Source: a virus. From it: 64,000 nucleotides of DNA. The position numbers were made by a program, and so were the translations under genes. Under the pieces are notes generated by a model. That model worked only from the letters and a program-made list of their open reading frames with translations. It ran no database searches and was not told where the DNA came from. Position 1 is the stretch's first letter. Each line of letters opens with the position of its first letter. Location: the IMG/VR virus record IMGVR_UViG_3300042503_000983, positions 1-64,000 of that record, one strand, 5' to 3'. Shown here piece after piece: positions 50,853 through 59,604 of the stretch.

Positions 50853-51049
50853 TGTGCGATGAAGTTTATTATTATAAAGATCAGGTAAGAGAGCTTCAAG
50901 CTATTAATGGTTTTGTTAAAAGAAACACCTTGCTTTCTGTGCAAAGTAGAATAGAATATGTTAGAGACGAACGAGTCAAATTAGGATTACCAGTTCATGG
51001 TGTCGCTATGGCTCTTGAAATAGTTAGGACAATGTTGAATGAAAAATAA
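50852..51049 (+). CDS. Hypothetical protein
   Basis: TAATG coupling. Confidence 0.6.
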   Translation: MCDEVYYYKDQVRELQAINGFVKRNTLLSVQSRIEYVRDERVKLGLPVHGVAMALEIVRTMLNEK

Positions 51050-51260
51050 AAAAGAAGTAAAAGATGCAAGAACAATAATTTATGAAAACAATTTATACAC
51101 AGTAGATGAGTTTGTTAATAAATATTCTCAAGCTTTAAAGTCATATTTACTTACAAGACAACTTGGAGATAAGAGCAAGAAGTCTCACATAGTTGATCTT
51201 GCGGTAGAAAATGCATCCTTTGCAGAATCTCTTTATATTTCAGTGGATAGTTTTAGATAA
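51039..51260 (+). CDS. Hypothetical protein
   Basis: Overlapping operon gene. Confidence 0.55.
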   Translation: MKNKKEVKDARTIIYENNLYTVDEFVNKYSQALKSYLLTRQLGDKSKKSHIVDLAVENASFAESLYISVDSFR

Positions 51261-51403
51261 TGTTTCTTACAAAGATGATTAGGTTTGCAGAAAAAATTGG
51301 CATGGACGTAGACGAACTTATGGAAATGACAGTCCTTGATGCCATAATGAAAATAGAAGATACAAGAACAATGTGGGCAGAATTAAAAAAGGATATTGGT
51401 TAA
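51260..51403 (+). CDS. Hypothetical protein (47 aa)
   Basis: TAATG coupling; fills the gap before the ftsZ promoter. Confidence 0.55.
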   Translation: MFLTKMIRFAEKIGMDVDELMEMTVLDAIMKIEDTRTMWAELKKDIG

Positions 51404-51417
51404 GGTATAATACTTAT

Positions 51418-52356
51418 ATGAATAAAATAATTGACATAAAGGTAATAGGATGCGGTGGCGGTGGAGTAAATGCCGTTAATAGCATGATCACTTCTGGTCT
51501 GTCTGGAGTAGAGTTTATTGGAATAAATACAGATGCTCAAGCACTTCTACCAAGCTTAGCAGATGTAAAAATTGATATTGGAAAAGATAGAACTCGTGGT
51601 CTTGGTGCAGGTGCAGATCCAAACATTGGTAGGCTTTCTGCAAAAGACAGTGTAAATGAAATATCCGAAGTTGTTCATGGTGCAGACGTTGTTTTTGTAA
51701 CTGCTGGAATGGGTGGTGGAACTGGAACTGGTTCTGCTCCAATAGTTGCTAACTGTGCTAAAAAGGCTGGTGCATTAACTGTAGGCGTTGTAACTACCCC
51801 ATTTGCATTTGAGGGAAAGAAAAGAATGAACAATGCCTTAGAAGGAATTAATAGTTTTAGTAAGGAAGTTGACACCCTTATAGTTATTCCAAATGAAAAT
51901 TTAATTCAGATGCTTGATCCAAATATTTCTATGGAAGATGCATTTAAAGAGGCTGATGACGTTCTTCTTAAAGCAGTAGCAGGTATTTCAGATCTAATTA
52001 CTACACCTGGTCAAATTAATATTGACTTTGCAGATATAAAAAGGGTAATGAAAGATGCTGGTTCTGCTTTTATGGGAATTGGATACGCAGAGGGAGAGGA
52101 TCGTGCTGAAGTTGCAGGTAATAAAGCAATTACTAGCCCTATTCTTAATGTTGATTTGCATGGTGCTACTGGTGTCCTAATTTCAATCGCATCCTCTGGT
52201 CAAATAAAGATGCAAGAAGTAAATAAAATTGCATCCCTTGTAGGAGATAAGGCACACGAAGATGCTGATATTATTTTTGGAACAGTTTTAGATGAAGATT
52301 TAGAAGACGGAATTTTAGTAACGGTAGTAGCTACAGGATTTGTTGGCAGTGAATAA
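51418..52356 (+). CDS. ftsZ: FtsZ homologue lacking the C-terminal linker and peptide
   Basis: GGGGVNAV, NTDAQAL, GLGAGA, AGMGGGTGTG, PFAFEG, NIDFAD, VVATG then stop; TATAAT 6 nt before ATG 51418. Confidence 0.95.
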   Translation: MNKIIDIKVIGCGGGGVNAVNSMITSGLSGVEFIGINTDAQALLPSLADVKIDIGKDRTRGLGAGADPNIGRLSAKDSVNEISEVVHGADVVFVTAGMGGGTGTGSAPIVANCAKKAGALTVGVVTTPFAFEGKKRMNNALEGINSFSKEVDTLIVIPNENLIQMLDPNISMEDAFKEADDVLLKAVAGISDLITTPGQINIDFADIKRVMKDAGSAFMGIGYAEGEDRAEVAGNKAITSPILNVDLHGATGVLISIASSGQIKMQEVNKIASLVGDKAHEDADIIFGTVLDEDLEDGILVTVVATGFVGSE

Positions 52357-53086
52357 TTTAGTAGAAAAAAATACTCAATACGGATACATGTCTTATTTTA
52401 AAAATGATATGGCATTTGCAGATAGCCTAAATGCTGGACAAGTTTATGAACAAGACTTTGTAATGGAATTTTTGCAGGACGTAGTTAAGTCTAGTAAAAC
52501 TATTTTAGATATAGGATCCCACGCTGGATCTCATACAGTATTATATAAGCATATAAATCCAGATTGTAAAATATACTGCTTTGAACCTCAGTCAGAAATG
52601 TTCAAACTACTTGAGCATAATATTTCTAAAAACTCTTTTAAAGATGTTATTGCTCATAACAAAGGGGTAGCCAATGTAGCAATTAAATCAAGCATGAGCA
52701 AGTCCGTTCTTGATGGTGATAATGTTGGAAAAGCTATTGAGTATGGGACTGGTAAAAGATTTAATTTAGGTGGGCTACAGGTAGGAAATGGTGGAGAAGA
52801 AATTGAAACCCTTACTGTTGATAGTTTAAATCTTACTGAGTGTGACTATATTAAAATTGACGTTGAAGGCTTTGAACCACTTGTTTTGATGGGGGCAGAA
52901 CAAACAATAAAAAAGTTTAAGCCAACTATATTGTTTGAGTCTAATCACAAGGTTATTTCAAAAGAAATGGCTGAAAGTTTTGGACTTTCTTATCCAGTAG
53001 CAAGTTCATTTGACATCTTAAAATCGTATGGGTATAAAGACATAGTTTTAATTGACGGTCTTTGGAATTATTTAGCTAGGTATTAG
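52349..53086 (+). CDS. FkbM-family methyltransferase
   Basis: LDIGSHAG, CFEP, IKIDVEGFE..VL.GA; overlaps the ftsZ stop. Confidence 0.9.
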   Translation: MNNLVEKNTQYGYMSYFKNDMAFADSLNAGQVYEQDFVMEFLQDVVKSSKTILDIGSHAGSHTVLYKHINPDCKIYCFEPQSEMFKLLEHNISKNSFKDVIAHNKGVANVAIKSSMSKSVLDGDNVGKAIEYGTGKRFNLGGLQVGNGGEEIETLTVDSLNLTECDYIKIDVEGFEPLVLMGAEQTIKKFKPTILFESNHKVISKEMAESFGLSYPVASSFDILKSYGYKDIVLIDGLWNYLARY

Positions 53087-53094
53087 GTTAATAT

Positions 53095-53997
53095 ATGCTA
53101 TTTGATAATACAGGAAAAAATGTTGTAAACAATTTAAATGAAAACTATATTAGAAAAACCCTTGTTCCGTTAAAACACCACTTTAATTTTTCTGAAACCA
53201 AACTATTGTACGATGAAAAAGATTTATATTTTAACATGAGCTTAATCTCTTTTGAAAATGAACTTCACTATGCTGTTAGAGGAGGTCACAAACATATTGG
53301 AAAAATGTATTTACATCCAGAGTTTACTAGCACTGTTCATGTTGGAGTAGTTGACGAAGCTATAAAAAATAGAAGGCAGATAAATGTTACATTCCCTAAA
53401 GTAAAAAATGGAACACTTGGAATGGAAGACCCTAGAATATTTGAATGGAAAAACAAACTATTCTTTTCTGGAGACATTCCTTTTAACTTAAGAGGCAGAA
53501 GTCAAAAAAATGCTTTTGTAAATATTGAAACTAATGAGTGTGAAGTTTTTGTAGACCCACTCAATAGAAAGATGAGTAAAAATTGGATGCCATATGTAAA
53601 TGAAGATAATCTTTATTTTGTTATTGATGTTTTACCAACAAGAATTTTAGACACAAAAACAAGGAAGGCTCAGGCTTATAATGATAAGGTTGTTACAAAC
53701 ACACCAGTCTATGGTGGTCCAAGAATTATAAACATAGATGGGATTAAAACTTCAATCGTTCATGGAAGAGCTAACAATGCTTACTGGCACTCTATAGCTC
53801 AGTGGGATGATAATTGGAATTTAAAAATTTCTGATCCTTTTTATTTTACCAAGCCTGGAGTTGAATTTTGCACAGGATACGAAGTTCATAATGGAAAACT
53901 ATATTTTACATATTCAGAGTATGATGATGGAGTTGTGTTGTGCAGCATAGATCTTGATTCATTTTTAAATAGTGCTATTTGGAGCAGAAATGTTTAA
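53095..53997 (+). CDS. Beta-propeller glycoside hydrolase/phosphorylase-like protein (GH130/GH43-like)
   Basis: GMEDPRIF, KNWMPY, VEFCTG. Confidence 0.65.
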   Translation: MLFDNTGKNVVNNLNENYIRKTLVPLKHHFNFSETKLLYDEKDLYFNMSLISFENELHYAVRGGHKHIGKMYLHPEFTSTVHVGVVDEAIKNRRQINVTFPKVKNGTLGMEDPRIFEWKNKLFFSGDIPFNLRGRSQKNAFVNIETNECEVFVDPLNRKMSKNWMPYVNEDNLYFVIDVLPTRILDTKTRKAQAYNDKVVTNTPVYGGPRIINIDGIKTSIVHGRANNAYWHSIAQWDDNWNLKISDPFYFTKPGVEFCTGYEVHNGKLYFTYSEYDDGVVLCSIDLDSFLNSAIWSRNV

Positions 53998-54754
53998 AGA
54001 AATAGATTATAACAAGCACTTTGTTATTGGTACACCGCTCGTTGGATGGAAAGTTGACAGAAAAGAACACCTTGCCTGGATTCAAGATAGTAAAGAAATA
54101 TTGGAAAGGTTTCCAAATGCAAAATTTTTTGCTGCTCTTGAGTTAGACTCTAGAGGAGAACAAGTTTTTTATGAAATTATAGATAGACTAAAAGATATAG
54201 ATGGAGAGTATTGGACGTACTCAATAAATGATAAGGAAAGTATAGTTACCTCTTATAATAGATGGATAAGAATTGAAACTGGTAGAAATCTTATTAGAGA
54301 GTTTGCACAAAGACATAGAAAAATGTCAGGACATCATTGGGGAGAAAATTCTTCAAAAGAAAATAAGGGTGCAATAAACTATGATGCAATTTTATATGTT
54401 GATTCAGATACAATAGTTAATGTAGAAATTATTGAAAAAATGATGGAAATAGATCATCCAGTTGTAAGCGTAAACGTACCAGCTTATGGTTTAAAAGGTA
54501 AAGTTATAAATGAAAATCCAAGAATAGAAGAGCATTGGAATACTGCTGGAATGTTATTAGTAAATTCTCCAGCTTTTTATGACCTTTCTTGGGGGTATAA
54601 TGCTATAGAAAATTTGAGTGACGATCCAACTTTTCAAAACCATGCAGAAAGACTTGGATATGGGCAAACTTGGGTTAGGAAAGACATCAATGCAAAGCAT
54701 ATTGGAAAATTACTTCCAGTAGAAAATAGAAGAATTCCTCCTAGAGATCTATAG
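53990..54754 (+). CDS. GT-A fold glycosyltransferase-like protein
   Basis: GRNLIR, ILYVDSD (DxD), TAGMLL, SDD, late His. Confidence 0.7.
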   Translation: MFKEIDYNKHFVIGTPLVGWKVDRKEHLAWIQDSKEILERFPNAKFFAALELDSRGEQVFYEIIDRLKDIDGEYWTYSINDKESIVTSYNRWIRIETGRNLIREFAQRHRKMSGHHWGENSSKENKGAINYDAILYVDSDTIVNVEIIEKMMEIDHPVVSVNVPAYGLKGKVINENPRIEEHWNTAGMLLVNSPAFYDLSWGYNAIENLSDDPTFQNHAERLGYGQTWVRKDINAKHIGKLLPVENRRIPPRDL

Positions 54755-54772
54755 ATTTCCTTAGGATGGGAA

Positions 54773-54801
54773 ACGACCTAGACAAGTCGTAAAACTGTCT
54801 A
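54773..54801 (+). ncRNA. Compact H-type pseudoknot, copy 1
   Basis: ACGAC-C-TAGACA-A-GTCGT-AAAAC-TGTCTA. Confidence 0.6.
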
Positions 54802-54827
54802 ATTTTTATTTATGATAAACTAGATAG

Positions 54828-55337
54828 ATGCACAAAAAGTTTTTAGCCTTTATATTTTCAATAGTCTTAGTTTTTTCTTATATTCCACCAGCAAATGCTT
54901 CTTCAGATTCTATAAGATACAAGACGGAAAGTAATCAAACAATTAAAAAGGGTAAGTGGACAACTTTAAGATTTGATGGTGGAAAAACAGCAATTCAGGG
55001 TAATGGAAAAAGATCTTTGTTTTGTTATCAAGCTGGTATTGATACAAAGGGAAAGAAAAAGCCTTCATATATTAAGTTAAGAATAACTAGAATAGTTCCA
55101 GGACCAAATGATCCTAGTGCAACAAATACATACTTCTTTACAGATAAGCCAGGAAGTAAGTTTGTTGCATCTAATTGTTGGAACATTGTAACTAAGCATC
55201 CAGTAGTTGTTCAAATAAGAATTGTTGGCGGAAGTAAAACATATAACTCTGACATAAGACAATTTAAAATGTGGACACCTAATGCAGAATATCCATCAGA
55301 CTTTTCTGACTTTATGCCTGAAACAACCATTAATTAG
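54828..55337 (+). CDS. Secreted beta-rich protein
   Basis: Signal peptide MHKKFLAF...PANA; leaderless start. Confidence 0.7.
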   Translation: MHKKFLAFIFSIVLVFSYIPPANASSDSIRYKTESNQTIKKGKWTTLRFDGGKTAIQGNGKRSLFCYQAGIDTKGKKKPSYIKLRITRIVPGPNDPSATNTYFFTDKPGSKFVASNCWNIVTKHPVVVQIRIVGGSKTYNSDIRQFKMWTPNAEYPSDFSDFMPETTIN

Positions 55338-55398
55338 TTTATTAGTAATGATATAATAGATTTGTTAGATACGTCTAACGAGGAGTCTATGCAATAAA

Positions 55399-56961
55399 TT
55401 GAAGAAAATCTTTTCCTACCTACTATTAATTCCAATGATTTTAATTGGTACGATGTTTTTAGCATCTCCAATTACACAAGCAAATACTCCTCTTACTTGT
55501 AATATGTCTACTATTACTGGTGATGACGATGGATCATTTGAAATGCTATTGCCTTTTTCTTTAAAGCTTGGACCAACAGAATATAATAGAATTTATTACA
55601 GTACTAATGCAACTGTAACCTTTGGTCAGCCAGATGGAACTTTTCACGACTACCCTCAGACCCCTTCTGTTTCTGTAGCAGGTAGAGACTGGGTATCTTT
55701 TGGAGAAGGTGCATATACTTCATACGGATATAATCAAAACTCTTTTTGTATAGAATGGTCAGTTCGCCCATTTCCACAATCAAGTGGTCCACTAACTCAA
55801 ATTAGATTGGTTGTAAATAAATTTACTAATGGTAACTGGCATGGTGAAATTACTACAATGACAGACCTTCCAGGAGATGCAAGAAGAGGAATTAGGTACG
55901 AGTATGGTCAGCCAGTTGTAACTATGGAAGCAGCCTTTGACGTTGGCAACGGAGGAATTCCAGTTGAAGTTGAACCTGCACCAACCCCATCAAGTTTTAC
56001 AGAACCACCTGCAATTCCAACTCAATGTTGGGATGGTAGTACGGTTTATTCTCCTACCACTTGCCCTACAGAACCAGCCCCTACTGAATGTTGGGACGGG
56101 TCTTCTGTTACTTGGAGAGATACTTGCCCTCCTACACCACCAGATGTAGTTTGCTGGAACGATGAGGTGGTTCCTTGGAATCAATCCTGTCCACAAGTTC
56201 CACCATTAGTTGAGTGTTGGAATGGAACATCTGTAAACTGGAACGAACAATGTCCAGTTCAGCCAACACCTACGCCCAGCCCTGAGCCACAGCAGTCAGA
56301 ATCACCAGAGCCAACAGTAGAACCGTCACCCCAGCCATCAGAGCCAAGCCCAGAGCCGTCAGAACCTGTTGTGCAACCTTCAGAAACTTCTTCACCTACT
56401 CCAACTCCTTCTTTAAGTCCCTCAGAATCTCCGTTGCAGCCTGTAGCACCTGTTGTAACTCCATCCCCAACTCCTGAGCCAGAGACTTCATCTCCAGAAC
56501 CATCAGTTCCAGACTCAGATGAGAGTCCATCTCCTGATCCAAGTCCTTCATCCACTGATCTTCCATCTAATAATAATATCATAGATGGTCTAACAGCAGA
56601 GGAATCAGCTGCTTTAAATGAACTACTTACAGAGTATGGTCCAATGGATGCAATATCTTTTGAAGACTTTGAAGCATCAGGTCTTGACTATGAAGATTTG
56701 CCACCAGATCAGCCAGTTATGTTAGATAACGGAGTTATTCTTACAGCAGAAGTTGCGGATGCAATTGAGATGTTTGAAAATCCCTCTGAATTACTACTAA
56801 CAGTTTTAACTGATCCAGGTAAGGCATTAAAAGCTTTTGCTAATGTTGGTGCAGACATGACACCAGAACAACGCAAAGAATCGCAAGCTGTAGTTGTTGC
56901 TTCTGTAATTGTTGGACAATTAATAGCATCAACTAATTTAATAACAGGGAGGATAAGATAA
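55399..56961 (+). CDS. Exported surface protein: NIDO-like domain, four Cys repeats, Pro/Ser/Glu/Thr stalk, C-terminal hydrophobic segment
   Basis: Signal peptide; DDGSF...LPF...YYSTN; (CWxG..V....CP) x4. Confidence 0.75.
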   Translation: MKKIFSYLLLIPMILIGTMFLASPITQANTPLTCNMSTITGDDDGSFEMLLPFSLKLGPTEYNRIYYSTNATVTFGQPDGTFHDYPQTPSVSVAGRDWVSFGEGAYTSYGYNQNSFCIEWSVRPFPQSSGPLTQIRLVVNKFTNGNWHGEITTMTDLPGDARRGIRYEYGQPVVTMEAAFDVGNGGIPVEVEPAPTPSSFTEPPAIPTQCWDGSTVYSPTTCPTEPAPTECWDGSSVTWRDTCPPTPPDVVCWNDEVVPWNQSCPQVPPLVECWNGTSVNWNEQCPVQPTPTPSPEPQQSESPEPTVEPSPQPSEPSPEPSEPVVQPSETSSPTPTPSLSPSESPLQPVAPVVTPSPTPEPETSSPEPSVPDSDESPSPDPSPSSTDLPSNNNIIDGLTAEESAALNELLTEYGPMDAISFEDFEASGLDYEDLPPDQPVMLDNGVILTAEVADAIEMFENPSELLLTVLTDPGKALKAFANVGADMTPEQRKESQAVVVASVIVGQLIASTNLITGRIR

Positions 56962-57158
56962 TGAAGAAATGGTTAAAAGATAAGTTTCGTGAAACACTAA
57001 ACCAAACATTTACCCTTCTTGGTATGTTCGTAGCATGGGCAGTCCTTGATGGGTCTGCTAAAACAGTAGTAGGATGGGCAATTGTAGTATGCGTAATCAT
57101 ATGGTTATTTTCAATGAAATTCAGAGAACAAGAGGAGGAAAAAAATGACAAAGAATAA
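56961..57158 (+). CDS. Small two-TM membrane protein
   Basis: Two hydrophobic helices; coupled to the upstream gene. Confidence 0.7.
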   Translation: MKKWLKDKFRETLNQTFTLLGMFVAWAVLDGSAKTVVGWAIVVCVIIWLFSMKFREQEEEKNDKE

Positions 57159-57423
57159 AGAAGAAGTTATTGGATCAACATCAGTAACAAATGTCTGGAA
57201 CATATTTTTTAGAATAGTTGCAGTATTTGCTGCATCTGGACTTTCAATCATTGGTGCAGGTTCTTTAGTTGGAATTGATACACTAACAGCCGTAATTATG
57301 GCTGGAACTCTTGGAGTTGCAACGGTAGTAGAAAAACTTGCTAGAGCTTTTCTAGATGATGGCAAGTTAAGTGCTAAAGAAATTAATTCAGCATTTAGTT
57401 CAGTAGACAAGAAAGCAGAATAG
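57145..57423 (+). CDS. Holin-like membrane protein
   Basis: Two TM segments plus charged tail; directly before the M23 peptidase. Confidence 0.6.
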   Translation: MTKNKEEVIGSTSVTNVWNIFFRIVAVFAASGLSIIGAGSLVGIDTLTAVIMAGTLGVATVVEKLARAFLDDGKLSAKEINSAFSSVDKKAE

Positions 57424-57486
57424 TAAGTAGGCTATAATAGAGTAGGGGAGTCCTCCAAAGGGCTCCCTTATTTTATAAAAAAGGAA

Positions 57487-57885
57487 ATGATTCAAATGGG
57501 TTCACCAATTGTTGGAGGTAAGGTTACAACACCTTACAAGAAGCTTGGAAAAATGTGGAGCAAAGGCTATCACACAGGCGTAGACTATGCTTGCAAAGTT
57601 GGAACAGACATTGTTGCTGTTGCTGATGGCAAGATTGAAAATGCTACCTGGGGAGCCAGCTATGGCACTCAGTTAGTCCAGAAAGTTGAGGGTGGATGGG
57701 TAATCTATGCACACCTTTCAAAGGCTCTAGTTAAGGCTGGAGACACAGTAAAGAAGGGGCAGCATATTGCTGAGTCTGGTAATACAGGCAACTCTTCAGG
57801 TCCTCATCTTCACTTTGAAATGAGAGATAATATTAGATGGAGTGCAGGTAAAGACATTGATCCTGCTAAGATTCTTGCATCTTAA
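57487..57885 (+). CDS. M23 peptidase (putative endolysin)
   Basis: HTGVD, YAHL, SGNTGNSSGPHLHFE. Confidence 0.92.
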   Translation: MIQMGSPIVGGKVTTPYKKLGKMWSKGYHTGVDYACKVGTDIVAVADGKIENATWGASYGTQLVQKVEGGWVIYAHLSKALVKAGDTVKKGQHIAESGNTGNSSGPHLHFEMRDNIRWSAGKDIDPAKILAS

Positions 57886-57903
57886 TATATCAAATTAACA
57901 ATT

Positions 57904-57925
57904 GCCCCTAGAAATAGGGGCTTTT
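57904..57925 (+). terminator. Intrinsic terminator
   Basis: GCCCCTA-GAAA-TAGGGGC-TTTT. Confidence 0.85.
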
Positions 57926-58001
57926 GTATTTAATAAAACTATTTATCATTTTGTTATAATAAAAACTTGATTTTATTAAGTATTAGTGGTATTCTAGAAT
58001 A

Positions 58002-58541
58002 ATGCGTATCAGAACCTTGGTTCCGATTGCCCTTGTTGCGGTTCTTGCAATTGCATCCCTACCAACAAGCCACAGTCAGACCAGTGCTAATGCACCGCAA
58101 AATGTAGCAAGTATAATAAATCAAGATAGAAGTATCAGGATTGCTGAACTTGCAACATATGATAAAGAAAAGAAGAAAGAAAAAACTAGAGGTAATGAAA
58201 AAGCTTCTAGATCCAAGAGAGCTAACTCTCTTGCTGCTAAAGCTAATCAAGCTTTTGCAAAGTCCTATATGGAGTCTAAATACTCTTGGGGCGAAGACCA
58301 GCACTCTTGCCTTGTGAATCTATGGAATCGTGAAAGTGGGTGGAGGCATACTGCTGACAACCCAACTTCAAGTGCCTATGGAATTCCACAAGCCTTGCCT
58401 GGAAAGAAAATGGCAAGTGCAGGGGCAGATTGGAGAACAAATCCAGAAACACAAATCAAATGGGGTCTAAAGTATATTAAGCATAGATACGAGACCCCCT
58501 GTGGAGCATGGGGTGCATTCAAGAAAAAGGGCTGGTATTAA
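58002..58541 (+). CDS. Secreted lytic transglycosylase-like protein
   Basis: Signal peptide; LWNRESGW, SSAYGIPQ, TQIKWGLKYI..RY..PC.AW. Confidence 0.88.
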   Translation: MRIRTLVPIALVAVLAIASLPTSHSQTSANAPQNVASIINQDRSIRIAELATYDKEKKKEKTRGNEKASRSKRANSLAAKANQAFAKSYMESKYSWGEDQHSCLVNLWNRESGWRHTADNPTSSAYGIPQALPGKKMASAGADWRTNPETQIKWGLKYIKHRYETPCGAWGAFKKKGWY

Positions 58542-58558
58542 TTTACTAGTTTAATTAG

Positions 58559-58588
58559 ATGTCCTGAGCAAAGACATTAAACTGCTCA
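58559..58588 (+). ncRNA. Compact H-type pseudoknot, copy 2
   Basis: ATGTC-C-TGAGCA-AA-GACAT-TAAAC-TGCTCA. Confidence 0.6.
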
Positions 58589-58595
58589 TTTAAAC

Positions 58596-58624
58596 TTGAC
58601 AAAGCAAAGGATATGGTGTAAAAT
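58596..58624 (+). promoter_or_regulatory. Sigma70-type promoter
   Basis: TTGACA-17-TAAAAT, with ATG 6 nt downstream. Confidence 0.8.
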
Positions 58625-58630
58625 CTAGGT

Positions 58631-58804
58631 ATGGATAAATTAAAAATTATTATTGAAGAACCAAGTGGGTCAAGACGATCATTTTTTTATAACGTAAAAG
58701 ATGAGGCAGAAGCAAAAGATATTGTAAAAGGTATTAAAAAAGACCTTAAGCCAAACTTTAGCCTAGCCTCTTGGAGCTATAAAGAAGACAAGGATAAGAA
58801 GTGA
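58631..58804 (+). CDS. Hypothetical protein (57 aa, leaderless)
   Basis: GTGA overlap with thioredoxin. Confidence 0.6.
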   Translation: MDKLKIIIEEPSGSRRSFFYNVKDEAEAKDIVKGIKKDLKPNFSLASWSYKEDKDKK

Positions 58805-59067
58805 AGACGGAAGTAATTGACTTTTGGGCTACATGGTGTGGTCCTTGTAAACTTATGAATCCAATTCTTGACGAGGTAGAAAAAGAATATTCTGATTTAA
58901 CCATTACAAGAGTTGATATTGATTCTGACAAAGATATGGTTGAGCAGTATAAAATTCAGTCAGTTCCTACATATGTTATTCTAAAAGATGGCAAAGAAGT
59001 AGATCGTATTATTGGTGCAAAGCCTAAGTTTGCTTTCTTAAAGAGGGTGTTCCCAGAAAATGGCTGA
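58801..59067 (+). CDS. trxA: Thioredoxin
   Basis: DFWATWCGPCK, IQSVPT. Confidence 0.95.
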   Translation: MKTEVIDFWATWCGPCKLMNPILDEVEKEYSDLTITRVDIDSDKDMVEQYKIQSVPTYVILKDGKEVDRIIGAKPKFAFLKRVFPENG

Positions 59068-59191
59068 GATTATTTTATTAGCAATATTGGTAACAAATAT
59101 ATTTATTCTTAATGAGATTAAGGAATATGTATTAGATCAAAAGTCTAAAGAAAAAGAAAAAGATTCTATCCTTAGAAAGGGATTAATGTAA
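59060..59191 (+). CDS. Small membrane-anchored protein
   Basis: MAEIILLAILVTNIFIL; overlaps both neighbours. Confidence 0.5.
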   Translation: MAEIILLAILVTNIFILNEIKEYVLDQKSKEKEKDSILRKGLM

Positions 59192-59388
59192 TGTCAAATA
59201 CACTAGAGATGTTGGTTCAAGAATTGCAAAATCGTATTGGTCAAATTACAAGCCAGTATGAAACCCAGTTAGCACTGCTAAAGGTACAGGCAAATGAAGC
59301 CCTTCAATCAAAAGATGCTGAAATTACTCAACTAAAGCAGTTAAATGAAAGTAAACTTCACGTTGAATCATCAAAGAAAGAAAAGTAA
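59191..59388 (+). CDS. Coiled-coil hypothetical protein
   Basis: TAATG coupling. Confidence 0.65.
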   Translation: MSNTLEMLVQELQNRIGQITSQYETQLALLKVQANEALQSKDAEITQLKQLNESKLHVESSKKEK

Positions 59389-59517
59389 ATGGGAAAACAT
59401 CACGATAAAGTTGCAAAAGCTTTAGAGATTCGTATTAAGAATGTTCCTAATAGAGGTGGGTATAATACTCCTGGATCTATGAACAAGAAAAAAACTGGTT
59501 ACGCCAAGAATCGTTAA
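59389..59517 (+). CDS. Small basic protein (42 aa)
   Basis: MGKHHDKVAKALEIR...GGYNTPGSMNKKK. Confidence 0.55.
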   Translation: MGKHHDKVAKALEIRIKNVPNRGGYNTPGSMNKKKTGYAKNR

Positions 59518-59527
59518 TCCAGTCCAA

Positions 59528-59600
59528 TCCCCAATAGCTCAATCGGCAGAGCGTCAAACTGTTAATTTGAATGTTCCTAGTTCAAGTCTAGGTTGGGGAG
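59528..59600 (+). tRNA. tRNA-Asn(GTT)
   Basis: Acceptor TCCCCAA/TTGGGGA; anticodon arm TCAAA-CTGTTAA-TTTGA; T loop TTCAAGT; no encoded CCA. Confidence 0.93.
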
Positions 59601-59604
59601 CAGC

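Noticed and set aside
51373-51417. N-terminal extension of FtsZ in the ORF track
   Set aside because: It overlaps a preceding small gene and the -10 box; ATG 51418 fits a leaderless start and the normal FtsZ N-terminus
51418-54754. Host chromosomal fragment (dcw cluster) or prophage boundary
   Set aside because: No ftsA, ftsQ, sepF or mur neighbours and no integrase; composition and promoter style match the surrounding phage genes
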